A stretch of 63,991 bases of DNA, the filler included, from an uncultured bacterium (GTDB taxonomy: Bacteria > CAYJRR01): assembly GCA_964372275.1 (NCBI GenBank). It is 3 parts of 3 records of this genome, joined end to end, with 100 filler letters (N's around TTAATTAATTAA, not from the genome) between each part and the next. Parts side by side here need not be neighbours in the genome. Positions count along the whole stretch, not along the records: positions 1 to 29,259 come from CAYJRR010000057.1; positions 29,360 to 58,304 come from CAYJRR010000058.1; 1 more part is not named here. One strand, written 5' to 3'. A program made the translations under genes and the position numbers. Shown in pieces: positions 19,489 through 30,821 of this stretch (positions are counted from its first letter, which is position 1; each line of letters starts with the position of its first letter). The notes beneath the pieces were generated by a model. It did not search any database and was not told the origin of the DNA. It saw only the letters and a list, made by a program, of their open reading frames with translations.

Positions 19489-20985
19489 CTACGCCCGTGC
19501 CACGGCGCGCTCCCAGCGCGAGACGTACTCCCGCACCTTGGCGTCGGACATCGTCGGCTTGAAGTCGCGGTCGGCGTTCCACACCCGGCGGAGGTCGTCG
19601 ACGCCGCGCCACAGGCCGGCGCCGAGGCCGGCCAGCAGCGCCGCCCCCATCACCGTCGTCTCGATCATCTTCGGCCGGACCAGCTTCACCCCGAGGACGT
19701 CGGCCTGGAACTGCATCAACACGTCGTTCTGGCTGGCGCCGCCATCGACCTTGAGCGACCGGAGCTTCAAGCCCGTGTCCTCCTCCATCGCCTTCACCAG
19801 GTCGAGCTGCTGCAACGCAATCCCCTCCAGCACCGCCCGCGCGATCTGCGGAACGGTGGTGGAGCGCGTCAGCCCGGTGAAGATCCCGCGCGCGTCGGGC
19901 CGCCAGTACGGCGCCCCGAGTCCGGCCAACGCCGGGACGAAGGTCACCTCGCCGCTGTCGTCGCACTGCGCGGCGAGCGTCTCGATCTCCTTCGACTCCT
20001 TGATCACCTTGAGGCCGTCACGCAGCCACTGCACCGCCGAACCGGCGACGAACGCGGAGCCTTCGAGCGCGTAGTGGACGTCGGCCCGCCCGAGCTTCCA
20101 GGCGATGGTGGTGATCAGCTTCTTCTGGGAGAAGACCGGGATGTCGCCGGTGTTCATCAGCAGGAACGACCCGGTCCCGTAGGTGCACTTGGCCGTACCG
20201 CGCTCGAAGCAGGCCTGGCCGAACAGCGCCGACTGCTGGTCCCCGGCGATCCCGGTGATCGGGATCCCGTCCGGCAGGAACTTGAGTCCCAGGGTCGTCC
20301 CGAACGGCTCCGCCGACGACCGGATCTCCGGCATCATCTCCCGTGGGCTGTCCAGGATCTCGGTCAGCTCCGCGTCCCATCGCACGCCGCGGATGTCCAT
20401 CAGCAGGGTGCGGGAGGCGTTGGAGACGTCGGTGACGTGCACCCGCCCCCCGGTCAGCCGCGACACGAGGAAGGTGTCGATCGTGCCGAACGCGACCTTC
20501 CCGGCCTGCGCCCGCGCCTTCAGGCCCGGATGGTTGTCCATCAACCACTTGACCTTCGTCCCCGAGAAGTAGGGGTCGAGCACCAAGCCCGTCTTGTTGA
20601 CGAACATCGACTCGTAGCCCTGCTTGCGCAGCTTTTGGCAGATCTCGGTCGTCCGGCGACAGTCCCAGACGATGGCGTTGGCGACCGGGACCAGCGTCTC
20701 CCGATCCCAAAGCACCACCGTTTCACGCTGGTTGGTGATCCCGATGCAGGCGATCTCCTTCGGCTTGCACTTCGCCTTCAGGAGCGCCGCCTTCATCGTC
20801 TTCAGGACCGACTGCCAGATCTCCTCCGGGTCGTGTTCGTGCCATCCGGGCTTCGGATAAGCTTGAGGAAATTCCGCCTGGGCCTGCCCCCGGACGTTCA
20901 GCTTCTTGTCCAGGATCATGACCCGGCTGGAGGTGGTCCCCTGGTCGATCGCCAGGATCAGGTCGGCCATAAGACCTGACTTCAT
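19489..20985 (-). CDS. glpK: Glycerol kinase (start may be 20970)
   Basis: AIDQGTTSSR, GITNQRET, DPYFSGTK, TDVSNASRT, GDQQSALFGQ, KCTYGTGSF, VDGGA. Confidence 0.97.
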   Translation of the reverse strand: MKSGLMADLILAIDQGTTSSRVMILDKKLNVRGQAQAEFPQAYPKPGWHEHDPEEIWQSVLKTMKAALLKAKCKPKEIACIGITNQRETVVLWDRETLVPVANAIVWDCRRTTEICQKLRKQGYESMFVNKTGLVLDPYFSGTKVKWLMDNHPGLKARAQAGKVAFGTIDTFLVSRLTGGRVHVTDVSNASRTLLMDIRGVRWDAELTEILDSPREMMPEIRSSAEPFGTTLGLKFLPDGIPITGIAGDQQSALFGQACFERGTAKCTYGTGSFLLMNTGDIPVFSQKKLITTIAWKLGRADVHYALEGSAFVAGSAVQWLRDGLKVIKESKEIETLAAQCDDSGEVTFVPALAGLGAPYWRPDARGIFTGLTRSTTVPQIARAVLEGIALQQLDLVKAMEEDTGLKLRSLKVDGGASQNDVLMQFQADVLGVKLVRPKMIETTVMGAALLAGLGAGLWRGVDDLRRVWNADRDFKPTMSDAKVREYVSRWERAVARA

Positions 20986-21084
20986 AGACGCTCGCCGCGC
21001 ACAGTGTCAACGAATCCGCGCCAGAAATCCCCTAGTATATTGTTTCTCTTGCGTTTTTCCGACCGGTGCGGCACGCTGCTTTCG

Positions 21085-21972
21085 ATGCGGCTCCTGCTCG
21101 CCGCCATGCTCGCGGCCGCCCCCGCGCACGCCGCCGCGTACGACGTGCTCGTCGTCCAGTCGTTCGAAAATCCGGTCTACGCCAAGACGATCGAGGGGTA
21201 CGGGGCGACGGTCGGCGGCACGTTGACCGTCGCCACCCTCGACAAGGACAAGAAGCTTCCCGCCGACGCCACCGAACGGATCCACAAGAAGCCTCCGGCG
21301 GCGATCCTGACGATCGGCCCGAGCGCGCTGTCGGCCGTCCTGGCCGAGAAGCCATCGATCCCGGTGCTGTTCACCGCCGTCACCGGCAAGGCCGAAGACG
21401 CCCGACCCGCCGCCGGCGTGCTGATGAACGTGCCGATGGACCGGCAGGTCGACACCCTCCTCAAGATCGCGCCGTCGGTGAAGACGATCGGCGTCGTCTA
21501 CAACCCGGAGAAGACGCAGTACTTCGTCGACGATCTGGGAGCGGCGGCGCGGGCGAGAGGGCTCACCCTCAAGGCGGAGCCGGCGTCGTCGCCGCCGGAC
21601 GCCGTCAAGAAGCTGAACGGGTTGCTCCCGACGATCGACGCCTACCTGTTCGCCCCCGACACCACGATCCACAGCGAACAGCTCGAGAAGGCGGCCGGGT
21701 CGCTGTCGATCAAGCAACGGATCCCGATCGTCGGTTTCAAAGGGGCGCAGCTCGCCAACGGGTTCCTCTTCGCCTCCGAGATGGATCCGGTGGAGATGGG
21801 GAAGCAGGCCGGGACGGCGACCAAGGATCTGTTGAACGGCAAGCGTCCGAGCCCCGCCTACGCCCCCGTCCGCAAGTTCAAGCTCGTCCTGAACGCGAAG
21901 GTGGCCGACCGCCTGGGATTGACGATCCCCAAGGAGGTCTCCGCCGCCGCCACCTTCTTCGGCGAGCCGTAA
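21085..21972 (+). CDS. ABC-type substrate-binding protein (ABC_sub_bind-like), probably sensory
   Basis: Signal peptide (AHA), TIGPSAL, IPVLF, KTIGVVYNP, MGKQAG, LVLNAKVADRLGLTIP. Confidence 0.85.
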   Translation: MRLLLAAMLAAAPAHAAAYDVLVVQSFENPVYAKTIEGYGATVGGTLTVATLDKDKKLPADATERIHKKPPAAILTIGPSALSAVLAEKPSIPVLFTAVTGKAEDARPAAGVLMNVPMDRQVDTLLKIAPSVKTIGVVYNPEKTQYFVDDLGAAARARGLTLKAEPASSPPDAVKKLNGLLPTIDAYLFAPDTTIHSEQLEKAAGSLSIKQRIPIVGFKGAQLANGFLFASEMDPVEMGKQAGTATKDLLNGKRPSPAYAPVRKFKLVLNAKVADRLGLTIPKEVSAAATFFGEP

Positions 21973-21978
21973 CGCCCC

Positions 21979-24855
<2,877 letters not shown>

Positions 24856-25004
24856 ATGTCGGCCTGCGGACCGCGATACACTTGCAGCGAATGGACAAGG
24901 TCGAGGGAGGCCGACGGCCGACCGAGACCGCGGGGGGTTGGGGGGCATCGGAGGAGCGCAGCGCGCGAACGCGCGCGAGCACCGCACGGGCCCCCCAAAG
25001 ACGA

Positions 25005-25382
25005 ATGATCGCGAAGAAGATCCTGATGGTCGAGGACGACCCGGACATCCGGCGCGTTGCCGTGATGGCCCTCAAGTTCAAAGGGGGGTTCGAGGTGGTC
25101 GTCGCCGGCGACGGGGTGGAGGGTCTGGAGAAGGCCGCCGCGGAGAAGCCCGACGTGATCCTCCTCGACTCGATGATGCCCCGCCTCGACGGCCCGGAGA
25201 CCTGCAAGCGCCTCAAGGCCGACCCCGACCTGAAGGCGATCCCGGTCATCTTCCTCACCGCCAAGAGCCAGAAGAAGGAGATCGAGTCCGGCCTCGAGCT
25301 GGGCGCGATCGGCTACCTGGTGAAACCGTTCGACCCGATGACCCTGGCCGACGAGCTCAAGAGCCTCCTCGCGCCGCTCTAA
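25005..25382 (+). CDS. Single-domain response regulator
   Basis: ILMVEDD, ILLDSMMP, FLTAK, YLVKPFDP. Confidence 0.93.
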   Translation: MIAKKILMVEDDPDIRRVAVMALKFKGGFEVVVAGDGVEGLEKAAAEKPDVILLDSMMPRLDGPETCKRLKADPDLKAIPVIFLTAKSQKKEIESGLELGAIGYLVKPFDPMTLADELKSLLAPL

Positions 25383-26086
25383 TTGGTCGCGGGGCAGCCG
25401 TCGGGGGCGGCGGGGTAGAAGCGCTGCGGTTTGTTGATGGGGCAGGTCGTCTCCGACAGCGGATCGGCCGGCTCGCTCGCGCACGAAAGCGTTCCGCCGA
25501 CGTGGCCGGCGCCGCAGGCGTCCCCCTCCTGGAAGTAGACGGTCGGGCCGTCGGGGACGCTGGCAACGCAGCCGCGCTCGTCGCCGCCGTCCATCACGAT
25601 CTCGCAGGCGGCGGGGTACGGAGCCTCGGCGGGGCAGGACGCGGAGACGCAGTCGCCGTCGATCGACAGCTGCAGGCGCGCGAGGGCATGGCGTGCGGGA
25701 TCGCTTTCGAGGCCGTCGCGGTCGACGACGACCAGCTCCGCGACGTAGGTGCCGGAGGCGGCGGTCGAGAACTCGACGGTCGATGGGCCGGGGAACCCGA
25801 GGGTGGTGTCGGCGCCGGCCGGGGCCTCGACGATCGACCAGCGGTAGTCGACGATCGCGCCGTCGCTCGGATCGTCCGGATCGTAGGACGCGCCGCCGTC
25901 GAGGATCGCCGTCGTCGCGGCGAGCGGGCCGTCGGCGTCGATCACCGCCACCGGCTTCGCACCGGGCGAGCGGTCGGAGCCCCCGGCCCGCAGGTCGTTG
26001 TCGTTGCAACCGGCGCTCCCGCCGAGGGCGGCGACGAGCAACGCGAGCGTTGTGGCCGGACGAACGTTCCAGGATTTCGCGACCAC
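25379..26086 (-). CDS. Lipoprotein with PKD/REJ-like domain and Cys-rich C-terminus
   Basis: Lipobox GSAGC; PVAVI...LDGGASYDPD...YRWSIVEAPAG...GTYVAELVVVDRDGL; multiple Cys. Confidence 0.7.
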   Translation of the reverse strand: MVAKSWNVRPATTLALLVAALGGSAGCNDNDLRAGGSDRSPGAKPVAVIDADGPLAATTAILDGGASYDPDDPSDGAIVDYRWSIVEAPAGADTTLGFPGPSTVEFSTAASGTYVAELVVVDRDGLESDPARHALARLQLSIDGDCVSASCPAEAPYPAACEIVMDGGDERGCVASVPDGPTVYFQEGDACGAGHVGGTLSCASEPADPLSETTCPINKPQRFYPAAPDGCPATN

Positions 26087-26126
26087 GGCGCGCCCCTTTC
26101 GATCGCGACGTCGATCCGAAGGCCCC

Positions 26127-26156
26127 ATCGTGGCCGACATTGATCGACAGATCAAT
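26127..26156 (-). promoter_or_regulatory. Sigma70-like promoter with overlapping palindrome ATTGATC-N4-GATCAAT
   Basis: Minus strand TTGATC-17nt-CACGAT; palindrome at 26139-26156. Confidence 0.45.
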
Positions 26157-26216
26157 CGGTGCCGTCGGCCCCCGCGGTGCCCCACGCCGTATCCTGCGAC
26201 GCGCCGGACACAGCCG

Positions 26217-27317
26217 TCACGGCTCCCGCCAGAACTGCACGTTCCCCAACGATTGGACGTACGCCGGGGCGAGGTACTCGTCGTAGGCGGCATCGACGTC
26301 GAGGTAGCGGTGCAAGAAGGCGGCCGCGATCGTCCGCGAGCGATCGCGCACGATCGCCGGATCGACGCTCGACGGGTCGCAGCCGTCGCTGACGAAGATC
26401 GCCGCGAGCGGGACGTCGCAGAGGTTGGAGAAGTCGAGGTGGCCGGCGTCGACCACCTTCAGCAGCGCCTTGGCCGGCTGGGCCAGCTCGTAGGGGGCCT
26501 GCTGGTCGGTGTCGAACGGGCAGGTGTGATCGGCGCCGCCCCCGACGATCGCCAGCGGTCGCGCGAGGTCGGCGACGAACGCCGGTGTGGCGCCCGCCTT
26601 GAAACCGGGGGCCATCGGCACGATCACGTCGATGCGCGGATCCTGTCGCGCCGTCTCGAGCGCCGTCCAGCCGCCGAAGGAGTGCCCGCTGGTCGCGACG
26701 CGGTCGCCGTCGACCTCGACCTCGAACGACGGGATCCCGAGGACGAGCCGGTCGAGCACGAATCGCAGGTCGAGCGGGCGGTCGACCGCCGATTGCGCCG
26801 TCGCGGCATCGTCGCCGAGTTGGCCGAAGTCGGTGAGGGTGTTCCCCGGGTGGTCGGGGCCGGCGACGACGTATCCGTGGCTGGCGAGGTGCTCGGTGAG
26901 GAAGTGGGACTGGAAGCGGACGCCGCCGTAGCCGTGCGAGAAGAGCACCAGCGGCCAGGGTCCTTCCGCGGGTGTGGCCCCGCGCCGGGCCGGGGTCTGG
27001 GCCTGGTAGAGCGGCCCGAAGGGGCCGTCGAGAACGTATTCGTTCGGACTGCCGTCGGGCGAGCGGGGATCGACCGGGTACCAGACGTCGACGAGGAAGG
27101 TCCGGCTGCGCGAGGGGTCGGTCATCTCCACCGTCCGCACCCCGACCGCCCAGGGGCCGGTTTCGGCCGGGTCGAGAATCGCGCCGCCGGTGCCGTCGCC
27201 GGGCGCGCCATCCTCGGCCGGCCCGTCCGGCGACGGTGCGGGCATCGCCCCGGTGGTCACGCCGCCGCCGCAGCCCGCGGCGAACATCACGAGCATCGCG
27301 AGGATCCCCACACGCAT
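26217..27317 (-). CDS. Alpha/beta-hydrolase lipoprotein (PAF-acetylhydrolase/dienelactone hydrolase-like)
   Basis: Lipobox FAAGC; PLVLFSHG, LASHGYVV-GPDH, GHSFGG nucleophile elbow, D and AGH triad candidates. Confidence 0.88.
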   Translation of the reverse strand: MRVGILAMLVMFAAGCGGGVTTGAMPAPSPDGPAEDGAPGDGTGGAILDPAETGPWAVGVRTVEMTDPSRSRTFLVDVWYPVDPRSPDGSPNEYVLDGPFGPLYQAQTPARRGATPAEGPWPLVLFSHGYGGVRFQSHFLTEHLASHGYVVAGPDHPGNTLTDFGQLGDDAATAQSAVDRPLDLRFVLDRLVLGIPSFEVEVDGDRVATSGHSFGGWTALETARQDPRIDVIVPMAPGFKAGATPAFVADLARPLAIVGGGADHTCPFDTDQQAPYELAQPAKALLKVVDAGHLDFSNLCDVPLAAIFVSDGCDPSSVDPAIVRDRSRTIAAAFLHRYLDVDAAYDEYLAPAYVQSLGNVQFWREP

Positions 27318-27380
27318 CGTCCACCTCCGCTCCGTCCCGCGAAGCCGCGTCCGCCGCGGCGCCGGGCGTTCGAGGACGAA

Positions 27381-27425
27381 ACGCTAGGACGCACCGGCGA
27401 TACAGTCAATCATTACCTATTTGAC
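27381..27425 (-). promoter_or_regulatory. Hydrolase promoter with probable PadR operator
   Basis: Minus strand TTGACT-17nt-TAGCGT; inverted repeat GTCAA-N11-TTGAC at 27405-27425 between the divergent hydrolase and padR genes. Confidence 0.55.
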
Positions 27426-27482
27426 CGTGCATCGTGGACCATCGCCCTTTACCGCGCGTTCCCCCCGGGGGACGATCCCACC

Positions 27483-28202
27483 GTGGCCCGACGACCCGAC
27501 GCCCCTAACCGAATCGACCTCCTCGTCCTCTCCTGCCTCGCGCGCCTGCCGATGCACGGCTACGAGCTGGAGCTGGAGCTCCGCTATCGCCACGTCCGCT
27601 GGTGGGCGAAGTGCGAGCACGGTCACCTCTATGCCGCTCTCGCCCGTCTGGAACGGAACGGCCTCCTGCGACGCGTCTCGCCGGCCGCCGCGACCGCCGC
27701 CCGTCGGCCCGGCCGGCTCGTCGCTGCCCGAGTCGAACGACGAGCCGCGCCCGCGGCGCGCGCCCAGGCCGCCGCAGCGTCCGCCGGTCGCGGCAAGCGG
27801 GTCTACGCGCTGACCGCCGCCGGTCGACGCCACCTCGGCCGCGCCCTCGACCAATTCGGCAGCGAGCCCGACTCGACCTACTTCGACGTCGACCTGTTCC
27901 TGGCCGGCGCCTTCATCCTCGAGCGCGAGGAGGCGATCGCCGTGCTACGGAGGCGCCGCGCGGGGCTGCTGTCGCGACGAACGGAGGCCGAGGCGCTCGC
28001 CGCGCGGATGGCCGGGCTCGTGCCGGTCACCGCCCGGCTGATCATGAATCATCGCCTCGAACACCTCGCCCACGAGCTCGCCTTCACCGACCGCGCCATC
28101 GAGGAGATCGGCCGCAGCGGGTCGTGGGGACCGTTTCTCGGCGCCGAGCGGATCGGCGAGTTCCTCGCTCGAACCGGCGCACGCCTCGAAGCGGCTCGAT
28201 AG
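27483..28202 (+). CDS. PadR-family transcriptional regulator
   Basis: LLVLSCLARLPMHGYEL...GHLYAALARLERNGLL...KRVYALTAAGR. Confidence 0.88.
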   Translation: MARRPDAPNRIDLLVLSCLARLPMHGYELELELRYRHVRWWAKCEHGHLYAALARLERNGLLRRVSPAAATAARRPGRLVAARVERRAAPAARAQAAAASAGRGKRVYALTAAGRRHLGRALDQFGSEPDSTYFDVDLFLAGAFILEREEAIAVLRRRRAGLLSRRTEAEALAARMAGLVPVTARLIMNHRLEHLAHELAFTDRAIEEIGRSGSWGPFLGAERIGEFLARTGARLEAAR

Positions 28203-28311
28203 CCCGCCGATTGGAGCTCACTTTCACCGTCCCACGACGGTCCAACGCGTCCCACGCACAAACCACCCGGGGTTCCCGCGGCGGCACACAACCCCACGTC
28301 AGCCGGACGGA

Positions 28312-29259
28312 ATGAACTGGCATTCATCGTGCTTCTGTGCCCGACCGATGATCCTGTGGCTCCTGGCGACGGCGGCGTTGGGCTCGGGCGGGTGCGACCC
28401 GACGATCGATCCAGCCACCGAGGTGATTCGCGTCGCCGGCGAAGCGTGTGCGCTCGCCGATCGGTTCGAGCCTTCCGGAGTCGTTCCCGCCGGACCGTTT
28501 GCCGGGCGTCGCATCGACACCTCGTTCACCCGTTCGCTCAAGCTTCTCGACCCCGAGGAGGCGGCATCGTTCGGACCGGCGCCCGGCGAACGACTGGTCG
28601 CCAACGTGCTCCACGAAGGACGCTTCTGGATCGCGCGCATCCCGACGGAGTCGCTGGCGGAGGTGATCTACCAGTACGAAGACGTTCCCGGCGGCCTGGG
28701 CCACGGCCAGATCCGGCTCCTCTTCTCGAGCCAGGTGCCCCTGATTCCGCAAGTCCCGAGCCGCGACTCGACTCCGCGAGCGGTATCCGACCTCACCTTT
28801 ACGGCAGACGGAACCCCGCCCGTCGGCGTCGACCGGCCGGCCGGACACTGGCCGCTCGAGCAGTACCCGATCGCCTATCGATTGATGTCGACCGCGGCGA
28901 AGGTCCGGATCATGACCGACGCCAAGGGGATGCACCGCGTCCGGCAGTATCGGATCGAGGCCGACCGTGCCGCGAAGGAGCGGGTGCTGGACGAGATCCT
29001 GCGGGTCGGGACCGGCGCCGGCACGAGGCGAATGTTCAACCTGATCGTGCGCAACTGCACCAACGAGTCGATCGGGATCCTCGACCGGACCCTGGACTAC
29101 GGTCCGTTGCGGAACCTGGCGGCCCGCCTGGTCTGGTACGGCGCCCCGAAGCTGATCCCGCTCTACATGAAGGTCCGCGGCCAGCCCGAGGGGACGCCGC
29201 TCGGCGAGGAGCTGTTCACCCGTCGCGGCGCGCACCTCGAAGCGGCGCGGCAGCGCTAG
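28312..29259 (+). CDS. Hypothetical lipoprotein, possible permuted NlpC/P60 (DUF4105-like) Cys enzyme
   Basis: Lipobox-like GSGGC; GHGQIRL lies upstream of FNLIVRNCT. Confidence 0.55.
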   Translation: MNWHSSCFCARPMILWLLATAALGSGGCDPTIDPATEVIRVAGEACALADRFEPSGVVPAGPFAGRRIDTSFTRSLKLLDPEEAASFGPAPGERLVANVLHEGRFWIARIPTESLAEVIYQYEDVPGGLGHGQIRLLFSSQVPLIPQVPSRDSTPRAVSDLTFTADGTPPVGVDRPAGHWPLEQYPIAYRLMSTAAKVRIMTDAKGMHRVRQYRIEADRAAKERVLDEILRVGTGAGTRRMFNLIVRNCTNESIGILDRTLDYGPLRNLAARLVWYGAPKLIPLYMKVRGQPEGTPLGEELFTRRGAHLEAARQR

Positions 29260-29359
29260 NNNNNNNNNNNNNNNNNNNNNNNNNNNNNNNNNNNNNNNNN
29301 NNNTTAATTAATTAANNNNNNNNNNNNNNNNNNNNNNNNNNNNNNNNNNNNNNNNNNNN
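29260..29359. other. Artificial contig spacer
   Basis: N44-TTAATTAATTAA-N44, which places stops in all six frames. Confidence 0.98.
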
Positions 29360-29365
29360 TATAAC

Positions 29366-29398
29366 ACACTCTTTCCCTCCCCGACGCTCTTCCGATCT
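29366..29398 (+). other. Illumina TruSeq adapter remnant (artefact)
   Basis: ACACTCTTTCCCTCCCCGACGCTCTTCCGATCT versus the Read 1 primer ACACTCTTTCCCTACACGACGCTCTTCCGATCT (2 mismatches). Confidence 0.95.
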
Positions 29399-29880
29399 GC
29401 GAACGCGGTGCGGGAGTTGGCGAAGGTGTTGACCCGCATCCCGAACCACGCGACGCCGTAGCTGCCGCCGATCCCGATCAGGCTGGCGAGCAGGATCACC
29501 ACCACCTTGGCCGCCGAGAAGTGGAGCAGGAAACCGAAGTAGACGACCATGATCGTGCCGATCAGAAGTTCGAGCAGCAGGATGAACTTCCCCTGCGTGA
29601 CCAGGTAGGTCTTGCAGGTCTCGTAGATCAGCTCGGAGATGTCTCGCATCGCCTGGTGCACCGGCAGGCGATGAAGGTCGCGGTATTGCCAGGCGCTGAA
29701 GACGAGACCGAAGCCGCAGACGACCAGCCCCAGCCAGAACAGGAGCGTCCAGCCGTCGACGCCCATGAACGACTGCGACGCGAGGTCGGGCAGGACGAGC
29801 TCGGCCTCACTCGCCGCCGCCGGGCCGGCCAGGAGGAACAGCAGGGTTGCCGCGAGGAGCGAAGGGAAACGGGTTCTCAT
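29399..29880 (-). CDS. hppA: Membrane Na+/H+-translocating pyrophosphatase, N-terminal fragment cut by the contig end
   Basis: SEAELVLPDL, LPVHQAMRDISELIYETCKTYL-QGKF, GSYGVAWFGMRVNTFANSRTAFA. Confidence 0.9.
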
Positions 29881-30173
29881 ACGCGTGCCGCCTTCTCCAA
29901 ACGGGGGGACGCGGAAGGCGTGACACCGCCGCTCCCCCTCTGGTTTCGAGTGGTTGGCCGCCCGGCGAGCGCCTCGAATCCCACCCCGAGGTCGATCGCG
30001 TGGACGCTTCTGCGCACTCCTGAAATGCCGTTCGCGCCCCCGGGACGGGTCCGCGAAAAGCGGCACCATCTAGCACGCGTCTCGCAAATCTGTCGAGAGC
30101 TTCGCGCGGCGGGGGCGGCGTCGCAGGAACCGTGCCGTCCGTTCTGCAACGGGTCGTCGATCGACCCCGGGCG

Positions 30174-30788
30174 TTACCAGTCGCCCCAGGCCATCGATTC
30201 CGGAACCGGAGCTTCGAAGATCCCGTTCGTGATCTGGTGCGACCCGCTTCCGGTCACCGCCGTGACGGTTGCCTCGAAGGCGCCGGTCCATCGCCGGCCG
30301 GTCTCGACCGCGATGGCGCAGTCACCGTCGTCGATCGTCGCGGCGAACTCCTCCCCGTCCGCGTCGAGGTACCGGACTTCGGTCATCGCCATCGTGCAGT
30401 CGGCGTTCACCGTGGTGAAGGCGAGCCCACCGGAGGCGGGAATCTGGATCGAGAGCACGTCGCGGGTGGAGTCGCCGGCGTTCTTTCGTCCGCGGAAGAG
30501 CAGGGCCCCCTCGATCTCGAGCGACTCGACGGCCGCCGAAAAGTCCTGCACCTCGCCGTCGATCTCGGAACCGACCGCGTCCTCGCCGGACGGCGGCGGG
30601 GGGGTGTTCGACGGCGTGCTGATCCCGCCGCCGTCGTCGTCGTCTCCGTTCCCGCCGTCGTCGTCGTCGTCGCTGGTCCCCGGCGGGCCCTCCTCGTTCG
30701 GCGGGGTCGCGGAGAGGAAGCAGCCGCCCGCCAGGATCCCGAGCGCCATGAGGGCGGAACCGAGGTGGGCGAACCGCCGGCGGATCAT
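30174..30788 (-). CDS. Hypothetical lipoprotein with Asp/Gly/Pro-rich linker
   Basis: Lipobox LAGGC; DDDDDGGNGDDDDGGG linker; beta-rich C-terminus (GAFEATV...ITNGIFEAP). Confidence 0.7.
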   Translation of the reverse strand: MIRRRFAHLGSALMALGILAGGCFLSATPPNEEGPPGTSDDDDDGGNGDDDDGGGISTPSNTPPPPSGEDAVGSEIDGEVQDFSAAVESLEIEGALLFRGRKNAGDSTRDVLSIQIPASGGLAFTTVNADCTMAMTEVRYLDADGEEFAATIDDGDCAIAVETGRRWTGAFEATVTAVTGSGSHQITNGIFEAPVPESMAWGDW

Positions 30789-30821
30789 CCCCTCATTTTC
30801 GCACGCCTCGCCGGCCGGTGC

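Noticed and set aside
29304..29315. TTAATTAATTAA as a biological palindrome (also 58349-58360)
   Set aside because: Identical linkers between N-runs; an assembly concatenation spacer.
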